From positions 210,408 through 274,407 of the forward strand of contig CAVOXZ010000019.1 of the NCBI GenBank assembly GCA_963700555.1: a stretch of 64,000 nucleotides of DNA, in the 5' to 3' direction. Positions within the stretch are counted from its first letter, which is position 1, and each line of letters starts with the position of its first letter. Shown piece by piece: positions 39,113 through 48,221 of this stretch. Source of the DNA: an uncultured Chloroflexia bacterium. Its GTDB lineage: Bacteria; Chloroflexota; Limnocylindria; Limnocylindrales; CSP1-4. Under the pieces are notes generated by a model that saw only the letters and a list, made by a program, of their open reading frames with translations, made no database searches and was not told the origin of the DNA. Both the position numbers and the translations under genes were made by a program.

Positions 39113-39621
39113 CCGCCTTCGGCCTGCTCGATTTGCTGGTGCGGTCGGGGTGGCAGGTTGAGCAACTCCTCCGGGAACGCTTCTGCGAGGAACTTGAGGA
39201 TGTCGACCTGGCGGACCACGCCCACCAGGCGCCGGTCCTCGTCAACCACGGGGATGTTCCGGTACCGGCCCGTCTGCATCAGCTCCAGCGCATCGCGCAC
39301 CGTGTGCTCCAGGCGCAGCGTCCGCGGGCTGGTGGTCATGAAGTCCTCGACCGGGACGTCGATATCGACGCCGGCCGCGACATCCGGGCCGACCAGGCGT
39401 CCGAAGATGTCGCGCTCGGTGAGCACGCCCGCGAGGCGCCCGTCGGCGTCGGTCACGAAGACCGAGTCGCCGGTGCCGGTGCGCTGGATCGCCAGCAGGC
39501 AGGCACCGAGCGTCGTGCCCGGGGGAACCGACACCGGTTGCCGTCGCCCGACGACGGTGAGGGGTTGGGATGCGAGAGCGGGAACGCGCGCTACAACGGC
39601 GCGCTCGGTGAGATCAGCCAC
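39109..39621 (-). CDS. CBS-pair domain protein
   Basis: 170 aa with VFVTDADGRLAGVLTERD and NIPVVDEDRRLVGVVRQVD. The stop overlaps the korA start. Confidence 0.8.
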   Translation of the reverse strand: MADLTERAVVARVPALASQPLTVVGRRQPVSVPPGTTLGACLLAIQRTGTGDSVFVTDADGRLAGVLTERDIFGRLVGPDVAAGVDIDVPVEDFMTTSPRTLRLEHTVRDALELMQTGRYRNIPVVDEDRRLVGVVRQVDILKFLAEAFPEELLNLPPRPHQQIEQAEGG

Positions 39622-39659
39622 GGCACCCAGTGTACGCGCAGCCGCGCTAGCGCGCCCCG

Positions 39660-40685
39660 ATGCGAAGGTGGGGAATCGGTACCCTCGGCCTGTTGGACCG
39701 AGCCCGCCTGACCGGCATCGCCCTCGTCATCATGTCCGCCGTCGCCTTCGGGTCCGGCGGCCTGTTCGCGCGCCCGGTGTATGCGACCGGCGTCGACTGG
39801 CTGACCCTCATGGCCTGGCGGTTCGCGATTGCCGGCGGGCTGTCGTGGCTCGTCCTGCTCGCCAACCCGACCGCCCGCCGCGCCCTGCGCGCCGTCTCCC
39901 CTCGGATGCTGCTCGCGACGATGGGCCTCGGCGTCTGGTACGTGTCGAACACCGCCACCTACTACGCGGGGATCGCGGATGTGGACCTCTCGCTCTCGGC
40001 CCTCATCGTGTACATCTATCCGCCCGTCGTGGCCGTGCTGGCCCTGAAGGTCGGCCGCCCGCTGCAGGGCCGCCGGGCGTGGACCGCGCTGGGTCTGGCC
40101 GTCGCGGGCGTCGTGCTGGCGGTCGGGGGCATCGACGCCTCGACGGCGCCTCCCCTGGGAGCCCTGCTCCTGGTCATCTCGGCGCCGCTGCTGTACTCGG
40201 GTTGGGTCGTCCTCGCCGCCCGCGTCTCCGGCGAGCGATCCGACCGCACCGGCCATGGCTCCGACGCCGGGGCGAACGCCGCCGTCGCCGGAGCGGTGAT
40301 GCTGACCACGACGGCGGCCGTGTACTGGGCGCTGTGCGCGGCGACGGCGCATCCCGTCCTGCCCACCGCGATCCCGGGTGAGGCATGGCCGGGCATCCTG
40401 GGTGTGGGCGTCGTGGCCGGCTTCCTCGCCGTCCAGGGGTTCTACGCCGGAGCGCAGCGCGTGGGGGCCGCGCAGGCGTCGCTGATCTCCACGGTGGAGC
40501 CGCTGTGGACGATCGTGGCCGCGTCGCTCCTGCTCGGCGAGCGCCTGGAGCCCATCCAGTGGGTCGGGGGCGTGCTCATCCTGGCCGGCGTCCTGCTGGC
40601 GCAGATGCCGACCCGCGGCGGCCGATCACCGCTGCCGCAGCCGGTCCCCCTGCTGCCCGATGATCCGGCGCCACCCGCTCGGTGA
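39660..40685 (+). CDS. EamA/DMT-family transporter (10 TM)
   Basis: Intact 341 aa with two EamA halves of hydrophobic helices and the C-terminal pattern EPLWTIVAASLLLGERLEPIQWVGGVLILAGVLL. Confidence 0.8.
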   Translation: MRRWGIGTLGLLDRARLTGIALVIMSAVAFGSGGLFARPVYATGVDWLTLMAWRFAIAGGLSWLVLLANPTARRALRAVSPRMLLATMGLGVWYVSNTATYYAGIADVDLSLSALIVYIYPPVVAVLALKVGRPLQGRRAWTALGLAVAGVVLAVGGIDASTAPPLGALLLVISAPLLYSGWVVLAARVSGERSDRTGHGSDAGANAAVAGAVMLTTTAAVYWALCAATAHPVLPTAIPGEAWPGILGVGVVAGFLAVQGFYAGAQRVGAAQASLISTVEPLWTIVAASLLLGERLEPIQWVGGVLILAGVLLAQMPTRGGRSPLPQPVPLLPDDPAPPAR

Positions 40686-40693
40686 CGCGGGCA

Positions 40694-41500
40694 TCAGCCC
40701 AGCGCCGCTCGCGCCTCCGCAAGCTGCCGCCGGGCGCCGCTCATGACCAGGCCCGAGTCGGACCCGATACCGATGAACCCGTAGCCGCGGGCGAGATAGG
40801 CGGATACCTCGGACGCATCGCGGACCAGCATCCCGGCGGCCTTGCCGTGCGCCCGGGCGACGGTCGCCACGCGGTCGAGCGCATCGATGAAGCGCGGGTG
40901 GGTGAACTCGCCCGGGATCCCCATCTCGTGGCTGAGGTCGGCCGGGCCCACGAACAGCACGTCGACCCCGTCGATGGCAGCCAGCTCGTCAACGGCCGCG
41001 ACCGCTGCCCGCGACTCGACCTGGAACACGCCGAGGACCCGCTCGTTGAGGGACCGGATCTGGGCGTGGGGCACCGTCGCGTAGCCGGCACCGCGCGTTC
41101 CCGCGGCCACGCCCCGGATCCCCTCGGGCGGGTACCGCATCCAGGACAGGGTCTCGCGCATCGCTTCCGCCGTCTCCAGGCGCGGGATCATCAGGCCGTC
41201 CGCCCCCAGGTCCAGGACCCGGCCCACGCGCATCCGCTCGCCCGACACGACGCGCACCACGGCCGCCGTCGGGGTCGCCTGGACGGTCATCAGCTGGGCG
41301 AGCAGGTCGGCCTCGGTGGTCATCCCGTGCTCGAGGTCGATCAGCGCCCAGTCGTAGCCGGCCCTGGCCACGATCTCGGCGGAGACGATGGATCCAAGGT
41401 TCACGAACAGCCCGATCGTGGGCTCACCGGCCAGGACCCGGCGGCGCAGGTCAGGGCGGGGCGGGACCGGCTGGGCAGGGGCGGCGGCATCGTTCGGCAT
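40694..41500 (-). CDS. HpcH/HpaI-family aldolase
   Basis: GYDWALIDLEHG, MIPRLETAEEA-like (MIPRLETAEAM), RYPPEGIRG and VFQVES...VDVLFVGPADLS are present. The start is taken at the internal ATG (MPNDAAAP). Confidence 0.8.
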   Translation of the reverse strand: MPNDAAAPAQPVPPRPDLRRRVLAGEPTIGLFVNLGSIVSAEIVARAGYDWALIDLEHGMTTEADLLAQLMTVQATPTAAVVRVVSGERMRVGRVLDLGADGLMIPRLETAEAMRETLSWMRYPPEGIRGVAAGTRGAGYATVPHAQIRSLNERVLGVFQVESRAAVAAVDELAAIDGVDVLFVGPADLSHEMGIPGEFTHPRFIDALDRVATVARAHGKAAGMLVRDASEVSAYLARGYGFIGIGSDSGLVMSGARRQLAEARAALG

Positions 41501-41586
41501 GGACGCATCATGCCCGACGGCGACCCCGCCTTGCGCGCTCGGTCCCGTTGGGGCATCGTGGGCGCCCAACCGACCGAGGAGGGTCA

Positions 41587-41967
41587 ATGGCGCGCACGAT
41601 CCTGATCGTGGATGACGAGCAGCACATCCGCCTGCTCATCGAGCAGACGCTCGAGGACCTGCTCGACGAGGGCGTCGAGCTGTTCACGGCTGCCGACGGC
41701 CTCGAGGCAGAGACCGCGATCGCGGCCCAGCGACCGGATCTCGTGTTCCTCGACCTGATGATGCCCGGGCGGAACGGGCTCGAGGTGTGCCGGGCCATCC
41801 GCGCCGATCCGGCCACGGCGGGCGCCCACGTCGTCCTCCTGACGGCGAAGGGCCAGGCGGTCGACCGGGAGGCGGGTCTCGCCGCGGGCGCCGACGACTA
41901 CCTCACCAAGCCGTTCGACCCCGACGCGCTGCTGGCGCTCGCCCGCCGCGTCCTGGACCTCGAATGA
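41587..41967 (+). CDS. single-domain response regulator (CheY-like)
   Basis: The SD GGAGGG precedes the start. Motifs: ILIVDDEQ, DLVFLDLMMPG (phospho-Asp), LLTAKG, ADDYLTKPF. Confidence 0.9.
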   Translation: MARTILIVDDEQHIRLLIEQTLEDLLDEGVELFTAADGLEAETAIAAQRPDLVFLDLMMPGRNGLEVCRAIRADPATAGAHVVLLTAKGQAVDREAGLAAGADDYLTKPFDPDALLALARRVLDLE

Positions 41968-44267
41968 GCGAGCTGCGCCGCCTGATCGTGCGGCACCGCC
42001 ACGTGGCACCGATGGTCTCCGCGCTCCTGGCATCGGTCGACGCGGCCGTGACGATCCATGACGCCGAGGGGGCGGTGATCCTCCAGCGCGGTGGCCCGGA
42101 CGGGACGGGTCCGACGGGGCCCGCGGCCGCCTCGCGGGCCGAGGTCGCCGTCGATGGCGACCTGCTGGGCTGGGTGGAGGGCGGCCGCTCGGCGCGGGGC
42201 ATCGCGGCCGTCCTGGCCTATGCCGCCGCCCGGGAGCGCGACAAGCGGTCGCTCGCGAGCGAGGCCCTGGAGCGCTACCGCGAGCTGTCGCTGATCTACG
42301 ACCTCGCAGCGGTGATCGGGGGCTCCGAGGGGGTCGAGCCGGTGGCGGCAACCGCGGTCGAGGAGCTGTCCAGGCTGCCCCATGACGCCCGGGGCTTCCT
42401 CCTGCTCGCAAACGGCAACGCGCTCCAGGCGGCCCCGGGATCGGACGGCCCGGGCGGGCCGCTGACCGGCGGGCGCATCGGGACCGGGATCGTCGGCGAG
42501 ATCGCCGCGGGAGGCGGCGCGGAGCTGGTCGAGGACGTGGCCGGGGACCCGCGCGCGACTGCCGCGGAGCGGGCTGGTGGCAGCCTCGTCGTGGCCGCCC
42601 TCCGGGCCGGCGACGTGATCCTGGGCGTGGTGGGCGCCACGGCCACGGGCGGGCCGTTCCGGTCGGCGGATCTCAAGGTCGTGACGGCGATCGCAGCGCT
42701 CGCGGGGCCGGCCATCGGGCGGGCCCTGGGCGTCGGGGCGGGCGGGGGCCCGCAGGCTGGAGCGACCGGGGCCGCTGGACCGGACTCCGGGACGGGGAGC
42801 TCCTCCTGAGCTTCCGGCCGGATCGGGCCGAATCCGTCTCCCGGGCGAGCCGCGACCCGGGGGCCGCCGGCCGCTCGGCCGTCCTCGAGAACCGGCTTCG
42901 CCGGCGACTCGCGGAGCTCGCGACCATCAATGCCCTGGGCATCGCCATCGCCTCGATCCATGACCCGGTCCGGCTCGCGGAGGAGGCGCTTCCCGCGATC
43001 ATCGAACGGCTCGAGTTCGGGCGCGGTGTCATCGGCCTCGTCGATCCCGCGACCGGCAGCCTCGGGCACTGGCAGGTGGCCGGCGGGCCGCCCGGGCTGG
43101 CGACGCTGCTCGGCGACATCACGGTGCCGATCGACCATCCGACGGCCGTGCCCGCCCTGCTGGCCCGCGCCGATGGCCCCCTCCATGTCCGCGATCTCGC
43201 CGCCGACGCCGACGAGGCCAACCGGCGGCTGGCCGCCGTGCTCGGTTCACGAGGCCTCGTCGGCACGCCGCTGGTGAGCGCCAGTGGAACGCTCGGCGTC
43301 CTGGTCGCGCCCGACCGTCGGGGCGGGGATCCCCTGGAGCCCGATGACGGCCCGCTCCTGTTCACAGTGGGCTCGCTGCTCGCGGGAGGGATCGAATTCG
43401 GCGCGACTCCAGGCCGAGCTCGAGGCTCAGAACCGGGTCCTGGAGGCCCGGGTCGCCGAGCGGACGTCCGAGCTCCTCGCCGCCACGACCGAGGCCCAGG
43501 AGGCCCGCGCCGCCGCCGAGCTCGCGAACGAGGCCAAGAGCCGATTCCTGGCCAACGTCTCCCACGAGCTGCGAACGCCCCTCACCTCCGTCGTCGGCTT
43601 CGCCCGCCTCAGTCGGAAGCGGCTCGACGAGGTCGTCTTCCCGGTCGTCGACCGGACCGAGCCACGGGTCGATCGCGCCGTGCGCCAGGTGGGCGACAAC
43701 CTCGGGATCATCGTGGAGGAGGGCGAGCGGCTCACCGGGCTGATCAACGACCTGCTCGACCTGGCCAAGATCGAGGCCGGCCGGCTCGAGTGGCGCATGG
43801 CCCCGCTGCGCATCGATGACGTCGTGCGCCGCGCGACGGCCGCGACGTCGGCGCTGTTCGAGGTCAGCGGCGTGGGTCTCGAGGTGCAGGTCGCGGACGG
43901 GCTGCCCGAGGTCAGCGGGGATGCGGAGCGCCTCGTCCAGGTCGTGATCAACCTGCTGTCCAACGCCGTGAAGTTCAGCCCCGGCGGCCGGGTCAGCGTC
44001 ACCGTCGTGCGATCGGCCGACGAGGTGCGGGTTGCGGTGACCGACACGGGCAAGGGCGTCGGGGAGGCGGATCTCGAGCGCATCTTCGAGCCGTTCCGCC
44101 AGGCCTCGGACACGATGCCCGACGGGCCCCGGGGCACGGGTCTCGGGCTGCCGATCGCCCGCCAGATCGTGCGTGCGCATGGAGGCGATCTCCGGGTCAG
44201 GTCGGCACCCGGCGAGGGCAGCACGTTCTGGTTCACGATCCCGGCGACGCCGCCCGAGCCGTCCTGA
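41964..44267 (+). CDS. GAF-GAF sensor histidine kinase; frame broken at ~42720-42880 (net -1) and near nt 43397 (+1)
   Basis: The ATG overlaps the RR stop (ATGA). Two GAF-like regions are present (...GIVGEIAAGGGAELVEDVAGDPR...; ...LATINALGIAIASIHDP...GTLGVLVAPDRR...). They are followed by a coiled coil, the H-box SHELRTPLTSVVGF, the N-box NLLSNAVKF and the G-boxes DTGKGV / GTGLGLPIA. Confidence 0.8.
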
Positions 44268-44442
44268 GGGGACTCCCTGAGCCTCCCGTCCAGCACGACG
44301 GCGCCCGGTGCGCCGCGGCAACCTGGCTCGAGGGTCAGGGGGGTACTAGTACCAGTGGGTCATCGCCCGGACACCGGAGCGCGGGCTACGTTCGTTGTCC
44401 TCGATAGGGACAGTGCCCTACCCAGCCTCGAGAGGACACCAC

Positions 44443-44538
44443 ATGCTCAAGATCAAGTACATCGCGGACCGCGCGATCCTGTTCCTCGGCTCGATGGCGG
44501 CCTTCGCGTTCATCATCAACGGCGCCAAGCGCTGGTAG
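44443..44538 (+). CDS. candidate 31-aa membrane micro-protein (GAKRW C-terminus), copy 1
   Basis: The SD GAGAGGA lies 6-7 nt before the ATG. The sequence is MLKIKYIADRAILFLGSMAAFAFIINGAKRW and ends with TAG. A 10-bp hairpin follows. A paralogous ORF lies at 54605-54706. Confidence 0.5.
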   Translation: MLKIKYIADRAILFLGSMAAFAFIINGAKRW

Positions 44539-44572
44539 CCACTTCCTGACTCGTGCCCACCGCCGAGGCCTG

Positions 44573-44606
44573 AGCCGCCAGGGGCCCACCTGGCGGCTCT
44601 TGGATT
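44573..44606 (+). terminator. 10-bp perfect hairpin after the micro-ORF, in the convergent spacer
   Basis: AGCCGCCAGG-GGCCCA-CCTGGCGGCT is followed by CTTGGATT, a weak U-tract. Confidence 0.45.
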
Positions 44607-44629
44607 CCCGGAGGCCCCTGGATTCCCGG
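44601..44629. repeat. 11-bp direct repeat TGGATTCCCGG x2 with a 7-bp spacer
   Basis: The two copies are identical, at 44601-44611 and 44619-44629. They lie just before the proline dehydrogenase stop. Confidence 0.8.
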
Positions 44630-44635
44630 CCATGG

Positions 44636-45613
44636 TCAGGCGCGACCCCGCTCGCGCCACAGGTTGCGCAGGATGAACGACACATTCGCGGGACGCTCGG
44701 CCAGCCGGCGCATGAAGTACGGGTACCACTGCGAGCCGAACGGCACGTAGGTCCGGACGCGCCAGCCGGCGCCGACGAGCTGCTCCTGGAGGTCGCGGCG
44801 CACGCCGTAGAGCATCTGGAACTCGAAGCTGTCCCGGGCGATGCCCTCGGCTTCCGCCACCTCGATCGCCCGCTTGATCAACCGGACGTCGTGGGTCGCG
44901 AGGGCTGGGTAGCGGCCCGCCCGCAGGAGCCGGAGCATGAGCCGCTCGTACGCCTCGTCCACCTCGGCCTTGTCCGCATAGGCGACGCTCGCGGGCTCGT
45001 TGTAGGCCCCCTTGCACAGGCGGATCCGGCCATCCTCCGCGATGATCGCCTCCACGTCGGCGTCGCTCCGCCGCAGGGCGGACTGGATGACGACTCCCAC
45101 GTCGGCTCCCCCGTCGCGCCAGCCGGAGGGCCGCACGTCCCGCCACAGGTCGAGCGTCCGGTCCGTGGTGGTGTGGTCCTCCATGTCGATCCGGATGAAG
45201 GCGCCATGCTCCACGGCCCTGGCCACGATGCCCCCGATCGTCTCGCGGGCGAGCCCGGGGTCGATGGCGAGGCCCATCTGGGTGGGCTTGAGCGAGACGT
45301 TGCGGTCCAGGCCGCCGGCGGCGAGCGCGTCGAGGACCGTCCGGTAGCGCTCCGCGGCGGCACGAGCGTCCGCCTCCGCGGTCACCGACTCGCCGAGGAC
45401 GTCGACGGTGGTCCCCAACCCCTCGTCCCTGAGGGCACGGATCGCGGGCAGCGCGTCCTCGAGCGTCTCGGCGCAGATGAAGCGCCGGACCATCGGCCGG
45501 GTGATCGGGACGCGGGTGGCGAGTCTGCCCAGGGCGCGGCGATGCGAGAGGGCGAGCAGGGTGGATCGCATGGCGCGCTCGGCTGCCCTGCTGACGGCGG
45601 ACTCAGGCGGCAT
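44636..45613 (-). CDS. proline dehydrogenase (monofunctional PutA-type)
   Basis: The 325-aa product contains VSLKPTQMG, IRIDMEDH, RLCKGAY, ALATHD and FEFQMLYGVR. Confidence 0.9.
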   Translation of the reverse strand: MPPESAVSRAAERAMRSTLLALSHRRALGRLATRVPITRPMVRRFICAETLEDALPAIRALRDEGLGTTVDVLGESVTAEADARAAAERYRTVLDALAAGGLDRNVSLKPTQMGLAIDPGLARETIGGIVARAVEHGAFIRIDMEDHTTTDRTLDLWRDVRPSGWRDGGADVGVVIQSALRRSDADVEAIIAEDGRIRLCKGAYNEPASVAYADKAEVDEAYERLMLRLLRAGRYPALATHDVRLIKRAIEVAEAEGIARDSFEFQMLYGVRRDLQEQLVGAGWRVRTYVPFGSQWYPYFMRRLAERPANVSFILRNLWRERGRA

Positions 45614-45642
45614 CGTGCTCTCTAGTGATGGGGTGATTGGGG

Positions 45643-46329
45643 TCAGGCGGCGGGACGATCCGGCGGACCGTAGGACCGGTCGAGCTCGGCGATGAGCTTG
45701 CTCTCGTCCCGGCGGGTGAGGAACGCGAACACGAGGTGGCCGGCGATGGCGAGCGTCCAGACCACCTGGACCGGCATCACGAGCGCCGACAGGGACACAC
45801 CCAGCCAGCTCCAGTCCCCCGCCACCGACAGGTACCAGGCGGTGCCGGCCATCCCCGTCACCCACAGCAGGGCAGCGCCCGCCGTGTAGCCGAGGGTCGC
45901 CGCGGACATCATCCCAAGCGGGTTGCCCAGGCTGAGGCCCGCGATCTTCGGCTCGTCGGGCGGGTAGAAGTAGGCCGCCTCGAGCCGGTGCGCGACCAGC
46001 ACGTCCTTCCCCAGCCGGGCGTTGATCGCCCGCTCCAGGTACTCCGCGTGCCGGCGGGCGAACACCGTGTAGTAGAAGAGGTAGCCCGTCTCCAGGAACG
46101 CGAACGGCACCAGGAACGGCACCGCAACCACAGCCGCCGGGACGATGCCCGAGCCCGCGAGCACGAGCAGGGCGAGCGTCAGCAGCAGGTAGGTGCGGAT
46201 CCGCTCGAAGAACCGCTCCGAGTAGCCGAACAGCATCCCCCGCATGCGGGACAGCTGGTCGGCGAGCAGGCGGAGCTCCTCGGGGTCAGGCGCCGCGGGA
46301 CGGCCGGCGCCGGCCAGGTTGGTATCCAT
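45643..46329 (-). CDS. hypothetical integral membrane protein
   Basis: Intact 228 aa with about 5 TM helices. TATCCT lies 8 nt upstream of the ATG, the leaderless geometry. No family was recognised. Confidence 0.55.
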   Translation of the reverse strand: MDTNLAGAGRPAAPDPEELRLLADQLSRMRGMLFGYSERFFERIRTYLLLTLALLVLAGSGIVPAAVVAVPFLVPFAFLETGYLFYYTVFARRHAEYLERAINARLGKDVLVAHRLEAAYFYPPDEPKIAGLSLGNPLGMMSAATLGYTAGAALLWVTGMAGTAWYLSVAGDWSWLGVSLSALVMPVQVVWTLAIAGHLVFAFLTRRDESKLIAELDRSYGPPDRPAA

Positions 46330-46450
46330 TGACGGCGAGGATAGCGCCGGAGGGGCGGGCGGACAGGGAGCCTCGGCCGTAGATTGGGGGCCGGCGGTCC
46401 CGACGTCGACGGGACCCGCCGTCAGGCGATGAGCGCGCCAGCTCCTGCCG

Positions 46451-47308
46451 TCAGCGCGACGTGCCGTCCTTGGTCAGCTGGGCCTCGATCTGGTCGCCCA
46501 GCTCCACGGTGCGGCGGAAGGCGGCCCAGACGGCCTCGGACAGGACGGTGCGCAGGCGACCCGACTCCAGCTCGTGGAGCGCGGCGGCGCTGGTGCCGGC
46601 CGGCGACGTGACCATGTTCCGCAGGACCGCGGGGTGGTCACCGGACTGCTTGGCGAACCGGGTGCTGCCCTCGAGGGTCTCGATCACGATGTCGTGGGCG
46701 ATGTGACGCGGGAAGCCCAGGTGCACGGCCGCGTCGATCAGGGCCTCCATCACGAGGAACACGTAGGTGGGTCCGGTGCCCGAGATGGCCGTCGCCATCG
46801 CGACCCACTTCTCGTCCTCGACCTCGAGCTCGGCGCCAAGGGCCGACAGGAGGGCCTTCGCCTGGCCGCGCTGCTCCTCGGTCGTGGCGGGCGTGGCGTA
46901 CCAGACCGTCATCCCGCTGCCGATCCGGGCAGGCGTGTTGGGCATCGCGCGCACGACCTGGTCGTGACCCATGGTGGTGACCAGCGCGTGGGTCGTCGGC
47001 CCGGCGAGAACGGAGACCACCAGCTGGCCCGTACGCAGGTGCGGGCCGATCTCGCGACCGACGCGGGCGAGCATCTGGGGCTTGACCGCGAGGATCACGA
47101 CGTCGGCGCCTTCCACGGCCTCCACGTTCGAGGCGACGACGCGGATGCCGTGGGTCGCCTCGAGCTCGACCCGTCGCTCGGCTCGCGGGTGGCTCGCGAC
47201 GACCTGCCGGGGCCCGACGAGATTGCCACGCAACAGCCCCGCGATCATGGCCTCCGCCATGACCCCGGAACCGACGGTCGCGATGGTGCGGCTGGCGAGG
47301 GGCGACAT
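46451..47308 (-). CDS. proC: pyrroline-5-carboxylate reductase
   Basis: IATVGSGVMAEAMIAGL (Rossmann), VILAVKPQ, MPNTPA and SPAGTSAAALHELE are present. The ORF is open to 47389, so the start is uncertain. Confidence 0.9.
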   Translation of the reverse strand: MSPLASRTIATVGSGVMAEAMIAGLLRGNLVGPRQVVASHPRAERRVELEATHGIRVVASNVEAVEGADVVILAVKPQMLARVGREIGPHLRTGQLVVSVLAGPTTHALVTTMGHDQVVRAMPNTPARIGSGMTVWYATPATTEEQRGQAKALLSALGAELEVEDEKWVAMATAISGTGPTYVFLVMEALIDAAVHLGFPRHIAHDIVIETLEGSTRFAKQSGDHPAVLRNMVTSPAGTSAAALHELESGRLRTVLSEAVWAAFRRTVELGDQIEAQLTKDGTSR

Positions 47309-47372
47309 CGGGCCGGAGGATACCACCGCGATCCGCTGGTCCCGGCGCGGGCCCGGGCCCGGAGAGGGTCGC

Positions 47373-48215
47373 TCAGCGGGCGATGGCATCGAGGGTCAGG
47401 AAGAACCGGCCGGTCGGGGTGATCGTGACCCGGGTGAAGCCCGCCCGCAGCGCGGAGGCCTCGAGCAGCGCCGGATCGTGCCACGACCATGGGGTGCCGG
47501 GCGGCGGACCGGCGGCTGGATCCGGACGGAGGTCGATGACCGCCAGCCGTCCGCCCGGACGCAGTCGGCCCCGGAGCGAGCCGATCGCGCCCTCCAGCCC
47601 GGCCCCACGGACCCGACCGAGCAGGAACGCCGCGACGAGCGCATCGGCCGGCGTGGGGTCCGCGGCAGGAGGGAACGGTGCCCACGGGTCGGCGACGTGG
47701 AGATGGGCCCGGAGCCGGTGTGCGACGAGCCGGTCCCGGGCCAGGGCGAGCGCCTCGCCGTCGGCGTCGAAGGCGAACAGCTCCCCTCGTTCCGCGAGGA
47801 GTGGCGAGAAGAACCCGGTTCCGGCGGCCAGCTCCACGATCCGGCCCGCCAACGGGAGGCCGTCGAGCCAGCGCGTCGCCATGTCCAGCTCGGCCGCCCA
47901 GGCGGCATCGTGGACGGCGCCACGCTCGAACGCTCCACGGCGCAGGAACCAGTCGTCGGGAAACGCGGGCTGCACGGCGCCGCGGGATGCCGCCGCGGCG
48001 GCGGCTGGACCCGTGCTGGACCGCGCGCCGTCACCCTCGGCAGCTCGCGCGGCGAGACCGCTGCGGAGCCGGTTCCGCAGGAACGCGTTGTCGCCGGCCC
48101 TGCCCAGGCAGCTCGGGCACAGCTGTGCCCAGCCCTCGAGGTCGTCCGGCCCGCGGGTCGTCCAACCGGCTCCACACCACAGGCAGTCGAACGTCGCGCG
48201 GTAGGCCACGGCCAT
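47373..48215 (-). CDS. SAM-dependent methyltransferase with an N-terminal CxxC...CxxC zinc-ribbon
   Basis: FDCLWCGAGW...LCPSCLG is followed by motif I, IVELAAGTGFFS, and motif-II-like LVAAFLLG. Confidence 0.7.
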   Translation of the reverse strand: MAVAYRATFDCLWCGAGWTTRGPDDLEGWAQLCPSCLGRAGDNAFLRNRLRSGLAARAAEGDGARSSTGPAAAAAASRGAVQPAFPDDWFLRRGAFERGAVHDAAWAAELDMATRWLDGLPLAGRIVELAAGTGFFSPLLAERGELFAFDADGEALALARDRLVAHRLRAHLHVADPWAPFPPAADPTPADALVAAFLLGRVRGAGLEGAIGSLRGRLRPGGRLAVIDLRPDPAAGPPPGTPWSWHDPALLEASALRAGFTRVTITPTGRFFLTLDAIAR

Positions 48216-48221
48216 GGAGGC

